Assembly (NCBI GenBank): GCA_964410485.1
Contig: CAYPHJ010000002.1
Span: 1,311-65,310, forward strand
Direction: 5' to 3'
Origin: an uncultured Syntrophobacteraceae bacterium
GTDB taxonomy: Bacteria > Desulfobacterota > Binatia > UBA9968
Length of the DNA stretch: 64,000 nt
Shown: positions 1-9,606 of the stretch, piece after piece
Numbering within the stretch: position 1 is the first letter of the stretch
How the letters are laid out: every line of letters begins with the position of its first letter
Program-made: the position numbers and the translations under genes
The notes under the pieces: generated by a model
What the model was told of the DNA's origin: nothing
Databases searched by the model: none
What the model saw: only the letters and a program-made list of their open reading frames with translations

Positions 1-220
1 CAAAAAACTCCTCGCTTGTGGCATCATTGCTGTCGGCTTGTCAGCAGCGCCTTTCTTGAGTATTAAAATTCCAAACCCACTATCCAATACGGCGTTACTC
101 CAATTATTCGGCCGTTCCCTTCACCTTCCGCGAACCTGGTCCGCCGCACCCTGGGATCAACTGAGGTGAATGTGGGATATTCGAGAAAGTCCGGTTTCTA
201 TGCTAGATGTTTGTGCTACT

Positions 221-307
221 TGGTGCGAAAGGGGGGAGTCGAACCCCCACGGGTGTTACCCCACAGGATCCTGAATCCTGCGCGTCTACCAGTTCCGCCA
301 CTTTCGC
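221..307 (-). tRNA. tRNA-Leu (anticodon CAG), class II with long variable arm, CCA encoded
   Basis: The reverse complement reads GCGAAAG (acceptor), a D-arm, CAGGA-TTCAGGA-TCCTG (anticodon stem-loop, CAG), a long variable arm, GGGGG-TTCGACT-CCCCC (T-arm), then CTTTCGC-A-CCA. The 7-bp acceptor stem pairs perfectly. Confidence 0.9.
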
Positions 308-390
308 GTCGAACCAATGGCTACTTTGTCGATTTTATGTAACGTGGGGTTGTTGAGTTGTCAAGGTAACCAACCGGCAACGGAGTTTCT

Positions 391-858
391 ATGAGCAAGA
401 TTCTTGTTATTGAGCCATATCGAATGCTGCAACATGCCGTCTCTACCACGCTATTTCCGGACCACGAGGTTCAGACGCTGGAATCGGTTCCTGATGAAAT
501 CGTCGGGCTCAATCCTGACCTCGTTATTGTCGATGCTATGTCCTTGCGTACGAGAAATCTGCTCGGCTCCGAGCCGCCCCGATGGCTGCAGGATGGAATT
601 GTCCCGATTGTTTGGGTGGATGATGGAGAGCCCCCGGATGGGTCGAAAACTAAAAAACTGATTGTGGTCCAGATCCCGCTCACCAGAGACAGGCTACTGG
701 CTGCTGTCGCCGAGTGTTTGAAGCTCCTTTCCGAGCAGAACTCTAACGGCCAGGCAAACATGGCACACGCCGCGCCTGAGCAGCAATTGATTGAGCTGGT
801 GGACGTCATCGAGGAGGAGTCCGCAATCAACAGATCAGATTCCGAGAAAGAAAAATAA
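391..858 (+). CDS. Hypothetical protein with degenerate CheY-like receiver fold (pseudo-receiver)
   Basis: The 155-aa ORF begins 'KILVIEPYRML...PDLVIVDAMSL', a receiver-like beta-alpha pattern. The acidic DD pocket is replaced by EP and the conserved Lys-Pro position reads Q-I-P. Confidence 0.45.
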   Translation: MSKILVIEPYRMLQHAVSTTLFPDHEVQTLESVPDEIVGLNPDLVIVDAMSLRTRNLLGSEPPRWLQDGIVPIVWVDDGEPPDGSKTKKLIVVQIPLTRDRLLAAVAECLKLLSEQNSNGQANMAHAAPEQQLIELVDVIEEESAINRSDSEKEK

Positions 859-863
859 ATCCT

Positions 864-3608
864 ATGGAACTCGCCAAAGCTTACTCCCACAAGGACATTG
901 AAGCCAGATGGTATCGTTACTGGCTTGACTTAGGCGCCTTCGAGCCGGCAGAGGAGGGTCCCGTTTTTTCTATGGTGATACCGCCGCCGAACGTGACCGG
1001 CTCGCTTCATATGGGACATGCGCTCAACAATACGCTCCAGGATATCCTCTGCCGCTACAAGAGAATGGACGGATACCGTGTTCTTTGGGTTCCGGGCACA
1101 GATCATGCGGGTATCGCAACGCAAAACGTGGTCGAACGGCGTTTGGCTGATCGCGGCTTGAGTCGAACACAACTTGGCCGATCGAAGTTCATCGAGACCG
1201 TATGGCTTTGGAAGCAGGAAGCCGGCAATGCCATTCTCCACCAGCTCAAAGCGCTTGGGGTTTCATGCGATTGGAAACATGAACGCTTCACTATGGACGA
1301 CGGATTGTCACGCGCGGTGCGTGAAGCTTTTGTACGCCTGTGGGAGGACCGCTTACTGTACCGCGCCAAACGACTCATCAACTGGTGCCCGCGCTGCAAA
1401 ACGGCGCTGGCGGATATCGAAGTCGTTCATGAGGATTCGGACGGCAGCCTTTGGTACATCCGCTACCCGTTGGCCGACGATCCCTCTCGGGCTCTCGTTG
1501 TCGCTACGACGCGTCCTGAAACCATGCTGGGGGATACGGCTGTGGCTGTAAATCCCCAAGATGCGCGTTATCAACAACTTGCCGGTCGAAAGATCTGCCT
1601 GCCAATCACAGGACGGGTGGTGCCGCTGATTTTCGACACTTACGTCGACAAGGAGTTCGGTACCGGGGCGTTAAAGATCACCCCGGGTCATGACTTTAAC
1701 GACTTCGAAATCGGCGAGCGATCCGGGCTTGAGACAATCAGCATCTTCGACGCGGATGCAAAGATCGATCGTGCCGCGTTCACCAGCCGGGGCGAAAGCG
1801 GTGAATGGGTCGAGCGATACCATGGCAAGGATCGCTCTGAAGCGAGGAAACTGGTACTTGCTGAATTGAAAAGGGACGGTTTTATTGAAAAACAGGAACC
1901 CTATCGACATGCGCTGGGACATTGTTATCGCTGCCATACCATAATCGAACCGTACCTGACGCCACAATGGTTCGTCTCGGTCAACGCCTTGGCCGATCCT
2001 GCGATCAAGGCAGTCAAACGAGGCGACATTCGCATGATCCCGGAAGGGTGGAGCAACTCCTACTTCGCATGGATGGAAAATATCAAGGATTGGTGCATCT
2101 CGCGGCAGATCTGGTGGGGCCATCAAATTCCGGCGTGGTACTGCAAGAACTGTAACGCGGGAAACCTCATCGAAACAAAAAGGGGAGAGTTCATTGTATC
2201 GAGTGAGGCACAACCCATCGTTGCGCGGGAAACCCCGTTGCGTTGCCCTCAATGTGGTGGTGAGAAGTTAGTGCAGGACCCGGATGTGTTGGACACGTGG
2301 TTCTCATCGGCCCTGTGGCCATTCTCCACCCTGGGCTGGCCCGGCAAAACCGACGATCTGCGGGTTTTCTACCCCACGTCAACTCTGATCACAGGCTTCG
2401 ACATCCTTTTTTTCTGGGTGGCGCGCATGATCATGATGGGTCTCAAATGCATGGATGACGTGCCGTTTCGCGACGTTTACATCCATGCGTTGGTACGTGA
2501 TGAACAAGGCCAGAAGATGTCAAAATCGAAGGGGAATGTTATCGATCCGCTGGAGGTGATGCAGCAATATGGGACCGATGCATTTCGCTTCACATTGGCA
2601 GCCCTGGCGGCGATGGGGCGCGATATCAAGCTTTCGCAAGACCGGGTTTCCGGCTATCAGAACTTTGTCAACAAGCTTTGGAACGCCGCCCGATTCGTGC
2701 TCCTGAATCTGAACGACGAGGCGCGATTGGATCACCTCGATCTTCTCAATGATAGCAACCTGAACCTGCCCGATCGCTGGATCCGCTCACGGCTCGCCGC
2801 CACGATCGTGGAGGCCAGAAAGACCCTCGAGGCGTACCGGTTTAATGATTTTGCCAACGTTCTTTACCAGTTTACGTGGCATGAGTTCTGTGACTGGTAC
2901 ATCGAAATGAGCAAACTATCTTTGAACGGGACGGTGCCAGGCGAGCCAAAAAAAACTCAGGAACGGCTGGTTCAGATACTGGAACAGATACTTCTTTTAT
3001 TGCACCCGGCGATGCCGTTTGTCACGGAAGAGATTTGGCACGCGTTGAGACCGAACCGCAGCACGATCATGCTGCGAGCTTACCCGAGCCCGGGGGACGG
3101 CTGGCGCGATTTCGATGCCGAGCGGGAGATGGATTTTTTGGTCGGGACGATTCGCGCTGTGAGAAATCTTCGGACAGAAATGAACTGCCCTCCCGGTAAG
3201 GAAGTCACGATTGTAGTCTATGGCTCAAAAACCGATATCGAGACGCTGCGCGCCCACGAGCCTTATTTGCGAGCTTTGGCGCGAATTGGCGAACTGCAAT
3301 ACCTGACCACTGGTGAGCGGCCCAAGGAGGCGGCAACCGCGATTGTCGGGTCCACTGAATTGTACCTTCCGCTCGGAGACTTGCTCGATCTCCAGGAGGA
3401 GCGCGCGCGGCTCAGTAAGGAAATTCGCAAGGTCGAGGAGGATCTGTCGCGCATTCAAAAAAAATTGTCAAATGTGGATTTCTTGAACAAAGCAAAGGAA
3501 GCGGTCGTGCACAAGGAACGCGAGAAAGCGACTCGCCACGAAGAAAAGATTCGCGCCCTAACCCGTAGTCTGGAAAAGATCCAAGAGATTCAGACAGGAA
3601 GGAGTTGA
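864..3608 (+). CDS. valS: Valine--tRNA ligase
   Basis: 914 aa. It has the class I HIGH-type motif 'PPPNVTGSLHMGHAL', the 'KMSKSKGN' loop, and a C-terminal coiled coil typical of ValRS. Confidence 0.97.
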   Translation: MELAKAYSHKDIEARWYRYWLDLGAFEPAEEGPVFSMVIPPPNVTGSLHMGHALNNTLQDILCRYKRMDGYRVLWVPGTDHAGIATQNVVERRLADRGLSRTQLGRSKFIETVWLWKQEAGNAILHQLKALGVSCDWKHERFTMDDGLSRAVREAFVRLWEDRLLYRAKRLINWCPRCKTALADIEVVHEDSDGSLWYIRYPLADDPSRALVVATTRPETMLGDTAVAVNPQDARYQQLAGRKICLPITGRVVPLIFDTYVDKEFGTGALKITPGHDFNDFEIGERSGLETISIFDADAKIDRAAFTSRGESGEWVERYHGKDRSEARKLVLAELKRDGFIEKQEPYRHALGHCYRCHTIIEPYLTPQWFVSVNALADPAIKAVKRGDIRMIPEGWSNSYFAWMENIKDWCISRQIWWGHQIPAWYCKNCNAGNLIETKRGEFIVSSEAQPIVARETPLRCPQCGGEKLVQDPDVLDTWFSSALWPFSTLGWPGKTDDLRVFYPTSTLITGFDILFFWVARMIMMGLKCMDDVPFRDVYIHALVRDEQGQKMSKSKGNVIDPLEVMQQYGTDAFRFTLAALAAMGRDIKLSQDRVSGYQNFVNKLWNAARFVLLNLNDEARLDHLDLLNDSNLNLPDRWIRSRLAATIVEARKTLEAYRFNDFANVLYQFTWHEFCDWYIEMSKLSLNGTVPGEPKKTQERLVQILEQILLLLHPAMPFVTEEIWHALRPNRSTIMLRAYPSPGDGWRDFDAEREMDFLVGTIRAVRNLRTEMNCPPGKEVTIVVYGSKTDIETLRAHEPYLRALARIGELQYLTTGERPKEAATAIVGSTELYLPLGDLLDLQEERARLSKEIRKVEEDLSRIQKKLSNVDFLNKAKEAVVHKEREKATRHEEKIRALTRSLEKIQEIQTGRS

Positions 3609-3612
3609 AGCC

Positions 3613-4461
3613 ATGGACATTCTCGTCAGTCCACAGATCGAAAGGCTAATTCGTGATTCATTGGATGAGGACATAGGCGCCGGCGATTTGGCCACTATGG
3701 CAACTATTCCCGCCGAGGCTCAAGGTACGGGACTGTTTCGCGCCAAAAAGGATGGCGTCGTAGCCGGGCTGGTACTTTTGGATCGCATCTTTTACTTTAT
3801 CGACCCTAAAGTCGTTGTGCGCGTTCTTGTTAAAGACGGCAGTCAAGTGCAGCAAGGCACAGTGGTGGCCGAAGCCCAAGGCCCGGTTCGGGCGCTGCTC
3901 CTCGCTGAACGGACGGCGTTGAATTTCCTTCAACGCTTATCAGGAACGGCCACACTGACGCGGAAATACGTGGAAGCGGTGAAGGATTTTCCGTGCAAGG
4001 TTTTGGACACGAGGAAAACAACGCCCGGACTGCGAACTTTGGAAAAATACGCCGTGCGAATGGGAGGTGGGACCAATCACCGAATTGGCCTATATGACGC
4101 GGCTCTGGTCAAAGACAACCATATCGAGGCGACAGGTTCGATCCGAGAGGCCGTTCAGCTGGTCAGGCGTCACGCCCCGTTCATGGCCAAAGTCGAGGTC
4201 GAAGCGGGTAATTTGAAGCAAGTGCAAGAAGCCATTGAAGCCGGCACGGATGTCATCATGTTGGACAATATGACGATTTCCCAAATGGCGGAAGCCGTAC
4301 GGGTCGTGGACAAGCGTGCTTGGGTGGAAGCGTCGGGGGGAATCACCCTGGAGTCGATTCGGCAGGTGGCCGGCACCGGCGTTGACTTTATCTCTTCGGG
4401 AGCGCTAACGCACTCGGCTCCGGTCGTTGACTTCAACATGAAGATCACGATGAACAATTAA
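3613..4461 (+). CDS. nadC: Nicotinate-nucleotide diphosphorylase (quinolinate phosphoribosyltransferase)
   Basis: 282 aa. 'LLAERTALNFLQRLSGTAT' and 'DTRKTTPGLR...EKYAVRMGGGTNHR' are typical QPRTase signatures. Confidence 0.93.
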   Translation: MDILVSPQIERLIRDSLDEDIGAGDLATMATIPAEAQGTGLFRAKKDGVVAGLVLLDRIFYFIDPKVVVRVLVKDGSQVQQGTVVAEAQGPVRALLLAERTALNFLQRLSGTATLTRKYVEAVKDFPCKVLDTRKTTPGLRTLEKYAVRMGGGTNHRIGLYDAALVKDNHIEATGSIREAVQLVRRHAPFMAKVEVEAGNLKQVQEAIEAGTDVIMLDNMTISQMAEAVRVVDKRAWVEASGGITLESIRQVAGTGVDFISSGALTHSAPVVDFNMKITMNN

Positions 4462-4477
4462 AATCCTCCTTCCAGGC

Positions 4478-5278
4478 GTGAAAGCTCTGCCCCTCCAACT
4501 CGCTCGAGTCGAGAACGATCTCACAACTCAACGTCTGGGCAAGAAATTCCATTATTTTTTTGAGCTCGATTCGACGAATCAGTACGCTCGCATGCTCGCC
4601 GATCAGGGTGCCGCAGAGGGAGAAGTCGTTATTGCCGAGCAGCAGACCCGGGGACGGGGCCGGCTCGGCAGAACATGGATTTCGCCACCCTATGTGAATC
4701 TTTATTTCTCGGTTGTGCTTCGTCCCACGCTCCGTCCGGAGCATGCGCCGCAGGTTACGTTGACCGCCGCTGTGGCGCTTGCGGACGCGGTGGATGCGTT
4801 TAGTCCCACAAGAGCGGCGATCAAGTGGCCCAATGATATTCTCGTCGACGGTCGAAAACTGGCTGGGATTCTCATGGAGGCCTGTTGCAGTCAAGACCGG
4901 GTGGAGTATCTGATTCTGGGGATCGGCATCAACTTGAACTTTTCACTTGAATCCATGCCGCGTGAAATACGCGAGGGCGCTACATCGCTACTGGCGCTCC
5001 GGCACGAAAAAGTCAATCGTGAAGCATTCTTACGTCGATTGATTCAGGACCTCGACCGGTGTTATGGAGTTCTCGAGGGGCGCGGTTTCGGGGCGATTGG
5101 AGCGCGCTGGCAAGATCGCTTCTATCTCAAGGATCGGCGGGTGCGCGTAGTCGGCTTCGATCAGGTGTCTTTCGGGACGGCCATTGGGATTGATTCGGAC
5201 GGGGCATTGATCCTAAGAAAAGAGGATGGCAAGCTCGAACGCATCATTGCCGGTGATGTCATGCCGGTGTTGGAATAA
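4478..5278 (+). CDS. birA: Biotin--[acetyl-CoA-carboxylase] ligase (no obvious N-terminal HTH)
   Basis: 266 aa with a GTG start. It has the 'QTRGRGRLGRTW' biotin-binding loop and 'KWPNDILVDGRKLAGIL'. Confidence 0.9.
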   Translation: MKALPLQLARVENDLTTQRLGKKFHYFFELDSTNQYARMLADQGAAEGEVVIAEQQTRGRGRLGRTWISPPYVNLYFSVVLRPTLRPEHAPQVTLTAAVALADAVDAFSPTRAAIKWPNDILVDGRKLAGILMEACCSQDRVEYLILGIGINLNFSLESMPREIREGATSLLALRHEKVNREAFLRRLIQDLDRCYGVLEGRGFGAIGARWQDRFYLKDRRVRVVGFDQVSFGTAIGIDSDGALILRKEDGKLERIIAGDVMPVLE

Positions 5279-5281
5279 AAC

Positions 5282-6070
5282 ATGCTTCTCGCGATTGATA
5301 TCGGCAACACCAATATCGTGCTGGGCCTATACCAGCGACAAACGCTCATCACGCATTGGCGGTTGCTGACTCAGGCGGAGCAAACCGCAGATGCTTACGG
5401 TGTGATCATTTCTCACCTGGTGGCTGCCGCGGGTTTCCGTTGCGATCACATTCGCGCGATCGTGGCTTCCTGTGTGGTTCCACCCATGGTAAGCGTTACT
5501 CAGGAGCTTGGCGAGAAATTCTTCAAGATCAAGCCTCTGATGGTCGGCCCCGGGGTTAAAACAGGCATGCCGATTCTTTATGACAGCCCCAAGGACGTTG
5601 GCGCGGACCGCATTGTCAACGGGATCGCCGCCTACGAGAAGTTCCGGGACGTCAGCATTGTAGTTGATTTCGGGACGGCCACCACCGTCGATCTTATCTC
5701 CAGAAAAGGGGAATACGTCGGTGGCGCCATTGCTCCGGGACTCCTAATTTCACTGGAAGCATTATTTCAGCGTGCGTCAAAGTTACCACGGATCGAAATC
5801 GTCAAACCCAAGGAAGTGGTGGGGCGGAATACTGTTCAGTCGATTCAATCGGGCGTGTTCTATGGCTATGTCGGGCTGGTGGACGGGATCGTCCGGAGAA
5901 TTCAACAGGAGCACGACGTCCAGGCTAAAGTGGTCGCTACCGGCGGGCTGGCGCCCCTGATCGCACCGGAGTGTGCGACGATAAGCGAAGTAGATGAATT
6001 CCTGACACTGGAGGGACTCAGAATCGTCCACGAAAGAAACTTGGTTCAAGAACTCAAGGCGGCGCGCTGA
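5282..6070 (+). CDS. coaX: Type III pantothenate kinase
   Basis: 262 aa. 'MLLAIDIGNTN' and 'GADRIVN...VVDFGTATT' are ASKHA-fold CoaX motifs. Adjacency to birA is common. Confidence 0.93.
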   Translation: MLLAIDIGNTNIVLGLYQRQTLITHWRLLTQAEQTADAYGVIISHLVAAAGFRCDHIRAIVASCVVPPMVSVTQELGEKFFKIKPLMVGPGVKTGMPILYDSPKDVGADRIVNGIAAYEKFRDVSIVVDFGTATTVDLISRKGEYVGGAIAPGLLISLEALFQRASKLPRIEIVKPKEVVGRNTVQSIQSGVFYGYVGLVDGIVRRIQQEHDVQAKVVATGGLAPLIAPECATISEVDEFLTLEGLRIVHERNLVQELKAAR

Positions 6071-6095
6071 TTACGAAAGGAGGAAGGCCACGATT

Positions 6096-8198
6096 ATGGC
6101 TGCAACGGAGCTGGAAAGACTGCGCAATGTTGGAATGCTTGGACAGGGAGGCTCGGGAAAAACTTCACTGGCCGAGGCGATGTTGTTTACAGCAGGGGCA
6201 ACCCAGAGGCTGGGCAAAGTCCAGGACGGCACCTCCGTCTTTGATCACGAGCCTGAGGAGATCAATCATCTAACATCGATCTCAACCGCATTTCACTCAT
6301 TAGCGTGGAAGAAATACAACATTACTTTGATTGACTCGCCCGGTTATGCGGCATTCTTGGCGGATACTATAAATTGCATGCGTGCTTTCGGGGGCGCTGT
6401 CTTTGTGCTCAATCCTTCCGTCGGACTCCGAGTCGAATCAGAGCGCTTGTGGGAGAGAGCGGGCGCGCTCGGCATGAGCCGGCTTTTCTTCGTCAGCAAA
6501 ATGGATCATGAACAGGGGGATGTGGAGGAACGTGTGAACCCTGTTCTCGAGACATTGGGAGCGAAGGGGGTGTACCTTCAAGTGCCCATCGGAGCGGAAG
6601 CAGGTTTTAAAGGCGTCGCGGACCTGCTTTTAATGAAGGCCTATCTGTATGAGGGGGACACAGGGAAGTTTGTGGAGTCGGAGATTCCGGCCGATTTGAA
6701 CAGTGCGGTCCAGGAAATGCGGCAAAAGCTCGTGGAAGACGTGTCGGAGACTGACGACGCCTTACTGGAGAAATACCTCGATGGTAAAGAGTTGACCGTC
6801 GAGGAGTTGAAAAAGGCGCTTCGCGAGGGTGCCCGACAAGGGAGGCTCTATCCCATTCTGTATGGTTCAGCGACGCGGCAGATTGGTATCCAACAACTGT
6901 TGGACGCTATCGTTGATTATCTGCCTTCGCCATCAGATGAGCGTGAATGGCAAGGAAAGAACCCGCTGACGGAAGAGAGGGAAGCGCGGCGCCACGATCC
7001 GAGCGCGCCCTTTTCGGCTTATGTTTTCAAAACCATCATCGATCCGTTTGCCGGTAAGCTCTCGGTCATGCGTGTGGTGTCCGGTAAAATTGCGCCGGAT
7101 GCGAGTTGCTATGTGGCTAATAAACAGGTCAAAGAGAAGGTCGGCCACCTATTTCGTCTGGAAGGAAAGAAACAGGAACACGTGAAAGAGATCGGGGCGG
7201 GAGATATCGCGGCCGCCGCGAAATTGAACGAAGTCTCCACGGGAGATACGCTTTGCGACGAGAAGGCGCCGATAGAATACGAGGGGCCTGTTCGGTTTGC
7301 GCCCATAATGTCGTTTGCGTTGGAGCCGAAGAGCAAAAAAGACGAAGACAAGCTACCCCAGGCTCTGCAACGAATGATGGAAGAAGACCCTACGATCGAA
7401 GTCCACCGAGACGAAGAAACGAGAGACTTTATTCTTTCCGGCATGGGCCAGCAGCATGTGGAGGTTCTCGTTGAAAAAGCAAAACGAAAATATGGCTCCG
7501 AAGTCGTGCTCAAAGCGCCCAAAGTTCCATATAAAGAAACGATCAGGGCTGCCGCCAGCGCCCAGGGGAGGCTAAAGAAGCAGTCCGGGGGGCGCGGCCA
7601 ATACGGTGATACCTGGCTCAAGATCGAGCCACTGCCGCATGGCAAAGGGTTCGAATTTGTTGACGAGATTGTGGGCGGGGCTATTCCACGAAACTACATC
7701 CCCGCAGTTGAAAAGGGTGTCAGGGAGGCGATGACCGGGGGCTATCTGGCCGGCTACCCCATGGTTGATGTGCGCGTCACTCTGTATGATGGCTCCTACC
7801 ATGATGTCGATTCGTCGGATATGGCCTTCAAAATCGCCGGCTCACTTGGGTTCAAAAATGCCGTGGAAAAGGCCAAACCGGTGCTCCTCGAACCTATTAT
7901 GAATATGGAGATAACCGTTCCCGATGAAAGTATGGGAGACGTAATCGGCGATCTCAACAGCCGCCGGGGAAAGGTTCTCGGCATGGATACCAATGGGCGC
8001 AACCAGGTCATCAAAGCTAAAGTGCCCATGTCGGAAGTTCTGAAATACGCGCCGGATCTTCGCGCACTGACCAGTGGGCGTGGCGAATTTCAACTCGAGT
8101 TTTCTCACTATGAGGAGCTGCCGCCCCATTTAACGGAAAAGGTGGTCAAAGAAGCCAAGGCACGCCAGGCGGCGGAGCAGACTGAACACAAAGCTTGA
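6096..8198 (+). CDS. Divergent elongation factor G paralogue (translational GTPase family)
   Basis: 700 aa with five-domain EF-G collinearity ('GSATRQIGIQQLLDAIVDYLPSP', domain IV 'GSYHDVDSSDMAFK'). The G motifs are non-canonical: G1 'GQGGSGKT', G3 'DSPGY' in place of DTPGH, G4 'SKMD' in place of NKxD. It is not in an rpsL-rpsG-tuf context. Confidence 0.85.
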   Translation: MAATELERLRNVGMLGQGGSGKTSLAEAMLFTAGATQRLGKVQDGTSVFDHEPEEINHLTSISTAFHSLAWKKYNITLIDSPGYAAFLADTINCMRAFGGAVFVLNPSVGLRVESERLWERAGALGMSRLFFVSKMDHEQGDVEERVNPVLETLGAKGVYLQVPIGAEAGFKGVADLLLMKAYLYEGDTGKFVESEIPADLNSAVQEMRQKLVEDVSETDDALLEKYLDGKELTVEELKKALREGARQGRLYPILYGSATRQIGIQQLLDAIVDYLPSPSDEREWQGKNPLTEEREARRHDPSAPFSAYVFKTIIDPFAGKLSVMRVVSGKIAPDASCYVANKQVKEKVGHLFRLEGKKQEHVKEIGAGDIAAAAKLNEVSTGDTLCDEKAPIEYEGPVRFAPIMSFALEPKSKKDEDKLPQALQRMMEEDPTIEVHRDEETRDFILSGMGQQHVEVLVEKAKRKYGSEVVLKAPKVPYKETIRAAASAQGRLKKQSGGRGQYGDTWLKIEPLPHGKGFEFVDEIVGGAIPRNYIPAVEKGVREAMTGGYLAGYPMVDVRVTLYDGSYHDVDSSDMAFKIAGSLGFKNAVEKAKPVLLEPIMNMEITVPDESMGDVIGDLNSRRGKVLGMDTNGRNQVIKAKVPMSEVLKYAPDLRALTSGRGEFQLEFSHYEELPPHLTEKVVKEAKARQAAEQTEHKA

Positions 8199-8218
8199 TC
8201 ATAGACCGAGGTTGTCCT

Positions 8219-8428
8219 ATGGAGCAGTCGTTTGATCAATTCAACGCAGCGTTGTTGTATTGCAATCAGTGCCGGCGGGCAATGCCGGTAAGAGAGCGTT
8301 TGCTGTTGATTCTGCCGGATGGGGAGCTGTATGACTACACCTGCCAAGGCTGCAACAGTTCTATTGGATCGAAGACCGAGCGCGTCAACACCAGGCAAAA
8401 GTTAACGAGAACGAATCTCGGAGGATAG
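8219..8428 (+). CDS. Small zinc-ribbon protein (CxxC...CxxC)
   Basis: The ATG at 8219 is preceded by GAGG. The sequence 'CNQCRR...CQGCNS' is packed between the EF-G paralogue (20-nt gap) and the amidohydrolase (3-nt gap). Confidence 0.55.
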   Translation: MEQSFDQFNAALLYCNQCRRAMPVRERLLLILPDGELYDYTCQGCNSSIGSKTERVNTRQKLTRTNLGG

Positions 8429-8431
8429 TCC

Positions 8432-9460
8432 ATGGCTGTAATTGATGCCGATGCCCATGTGTTAGAGACAGAGCGGAGCTGGGCGTACATGCTCGACTCG
8501 GAGCGAGCCTACAGGCCGCGTGTCGTGCCCACGCCGGACAACGATAGCTCGGGCGGTGAATCCTGGTTCGTGGACGGTACCTATATAGGCAAAGCGCGCA
8601 ACGTTGGTCTTGAGACGCCCAGAGAGTCCAGAGAGATGGACGATATCCAGGCGCGGCTGAAGCATATGGATGAATTGGAAGTGGACGTGCAGGTCCTCTA
8701 CCCGACGATCTTCTTGCGCCCCTTCACCCGCAAGCCGGCAGTCGAGCTCGCCCTGACACGGAGCTACAATCGTTGGCTCATCGATATCTGGAAATCGGCC
8801 CCGCGTCGCTTGCGGTGGGTAGCCGTTCTGCCATTGTTGTCGATGGAGAAAGCACTGGAGGAAGCTCGCTTTGCACGGGAAAACGGCGCGTGCGGCATCT
8901 TCATGCGGGGTCTGGAGGGGGACAAGCGTCTTAGTGATCCCCATTTTTTTCCGCTATATGAAGAAGCGGCGCGCCTCGACATACCGATCTGCGTCCATTC
9001 AGCCACGGGAAGTTTTGCGCTGCACGATTTTTTTGCCAACGAGTGCGGGTTTGCAAAATTCAAGCTGGCCGTGGTGGCTTCTTTCCACGATCTCCTCTTC
9101 AGTAAAGTTCCGTCCAAATTTCCCAGGACGCGTTTTGCTTTCATCGAAGTCAGCTCGCAGTGGGTTCCCTACGCGCTCCACGATTTTTTTCGGCGCTTCC
9201 AGCGTCGCGGTGAGACGGTGGAACAGAAGAACGTGCTGCGCGACAACCGGATCTACGTCGCATGCCAGACCGATGATGATCTTTCATACGTGCTCGGGTA
9301 TTCGGGAGAGGATCAGCTGGTGATCGGCACGGATTACGGCCACAACGACACGTCTTCGGAAATCACCGCACTGCGCAAGCTCAAAGAAGATGGGTCGGTC
9401 GCGCCGCGAGTGGTTCAAAAGATCCTGGATGACAACGCAAGGCGATTGTACGCGATTTAA
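8432..9460 (+). CDS. Amidohydrolase-2 family metal-dependent hydrolase/decarboxylase
   Basis: 342 aa. It has an N-terminal 'IDADAHV' metal-ligand motif and a C-terminal 'GTDYGHND', typical of the ACMSD/amidohydrolase_2 family. Confidence 0.8.
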   Translation: MAVIDADAHVLETERSWAYMLDSERAYRPRVVPTPDNDSSGGESWFVDGTYIGKARNVGLETPRESREMDDIQARLKHMDELEVDVQVLYPTIFLRPFTRKPAVELALTRSYNRWLIDIWKSAPRRLRWVAVLPLLSMEKALEEARFARENGACGIFMRGLEGDKRLSDPHFFPLYEEAARLDIPICVHSATGSFALHDFFANECGFAKFKLAVVASFHDLLFSKVPSKFPRTRFAFIEVSSQWVPYALHDFFRRFQRRGETVEQKNVLRDNRIYVACQTDDDLSYVLGYSGEDQLVIGTDYGHNDTSSEITALRKLKEDGSVAPRVVQKILDDNARRLYAI

Positions 9461-9465
9461 GAAGA

Positions 9466-9510
9466 GTTCAAGACGTTCCAATCGTTCAAGCTGTTCAAGA
9501 CGGTTGGAAC
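9466..9510. repeat. Tandem 9-nt array of the GTTCAAG family (GTTCAAGAC GTTCCAATC GTTCAAGCT GTTCAAGAC GGTTGGAAC)
   Basis: Read directly from the sequence. It is intergenic, immediately after the amidohydrolase stop codon. Confidence 0.85.
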
Positions 9511-9606
9511 CGCTTGTGACGCACAACCGGTTACAAACAGGCCCTTCTGAGATCTGACATGTGTAATTTGAAATGTTGAGCGCAGCGAAGCAGAGGTGGT
9601 GTTCTA

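Noticed and set aside
1-220. Possible integration site or genomic-island boundary next to tRNA-Leu.
   Set aside because: There is no integrase, no direct repeat of the tRNA 3' end and no mobile genes within the window on either side. The sequence upstream of position 1 is unavailable.
8195-8218. The TTG start at 8195 for the Zn-ribbon ORF, overlapping the EF-G paralogue's stop codon.
   Set aside because: The ATG at 8219 has a GAGG element upstream and removes an unlikely 8-residue extension. Either start leaves the call unchanged.
9466-9510. Possibility that the short tandem arrays (here and at 26406, 48604, 60815 and elsewhere) are CRISPR arrays.
   Set aside because: The units are 6-9 nt with no spacers. 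The arrays are under 50 nt and usually paired with an inverted copy to form a hairpin. There are no cas genes in the window.
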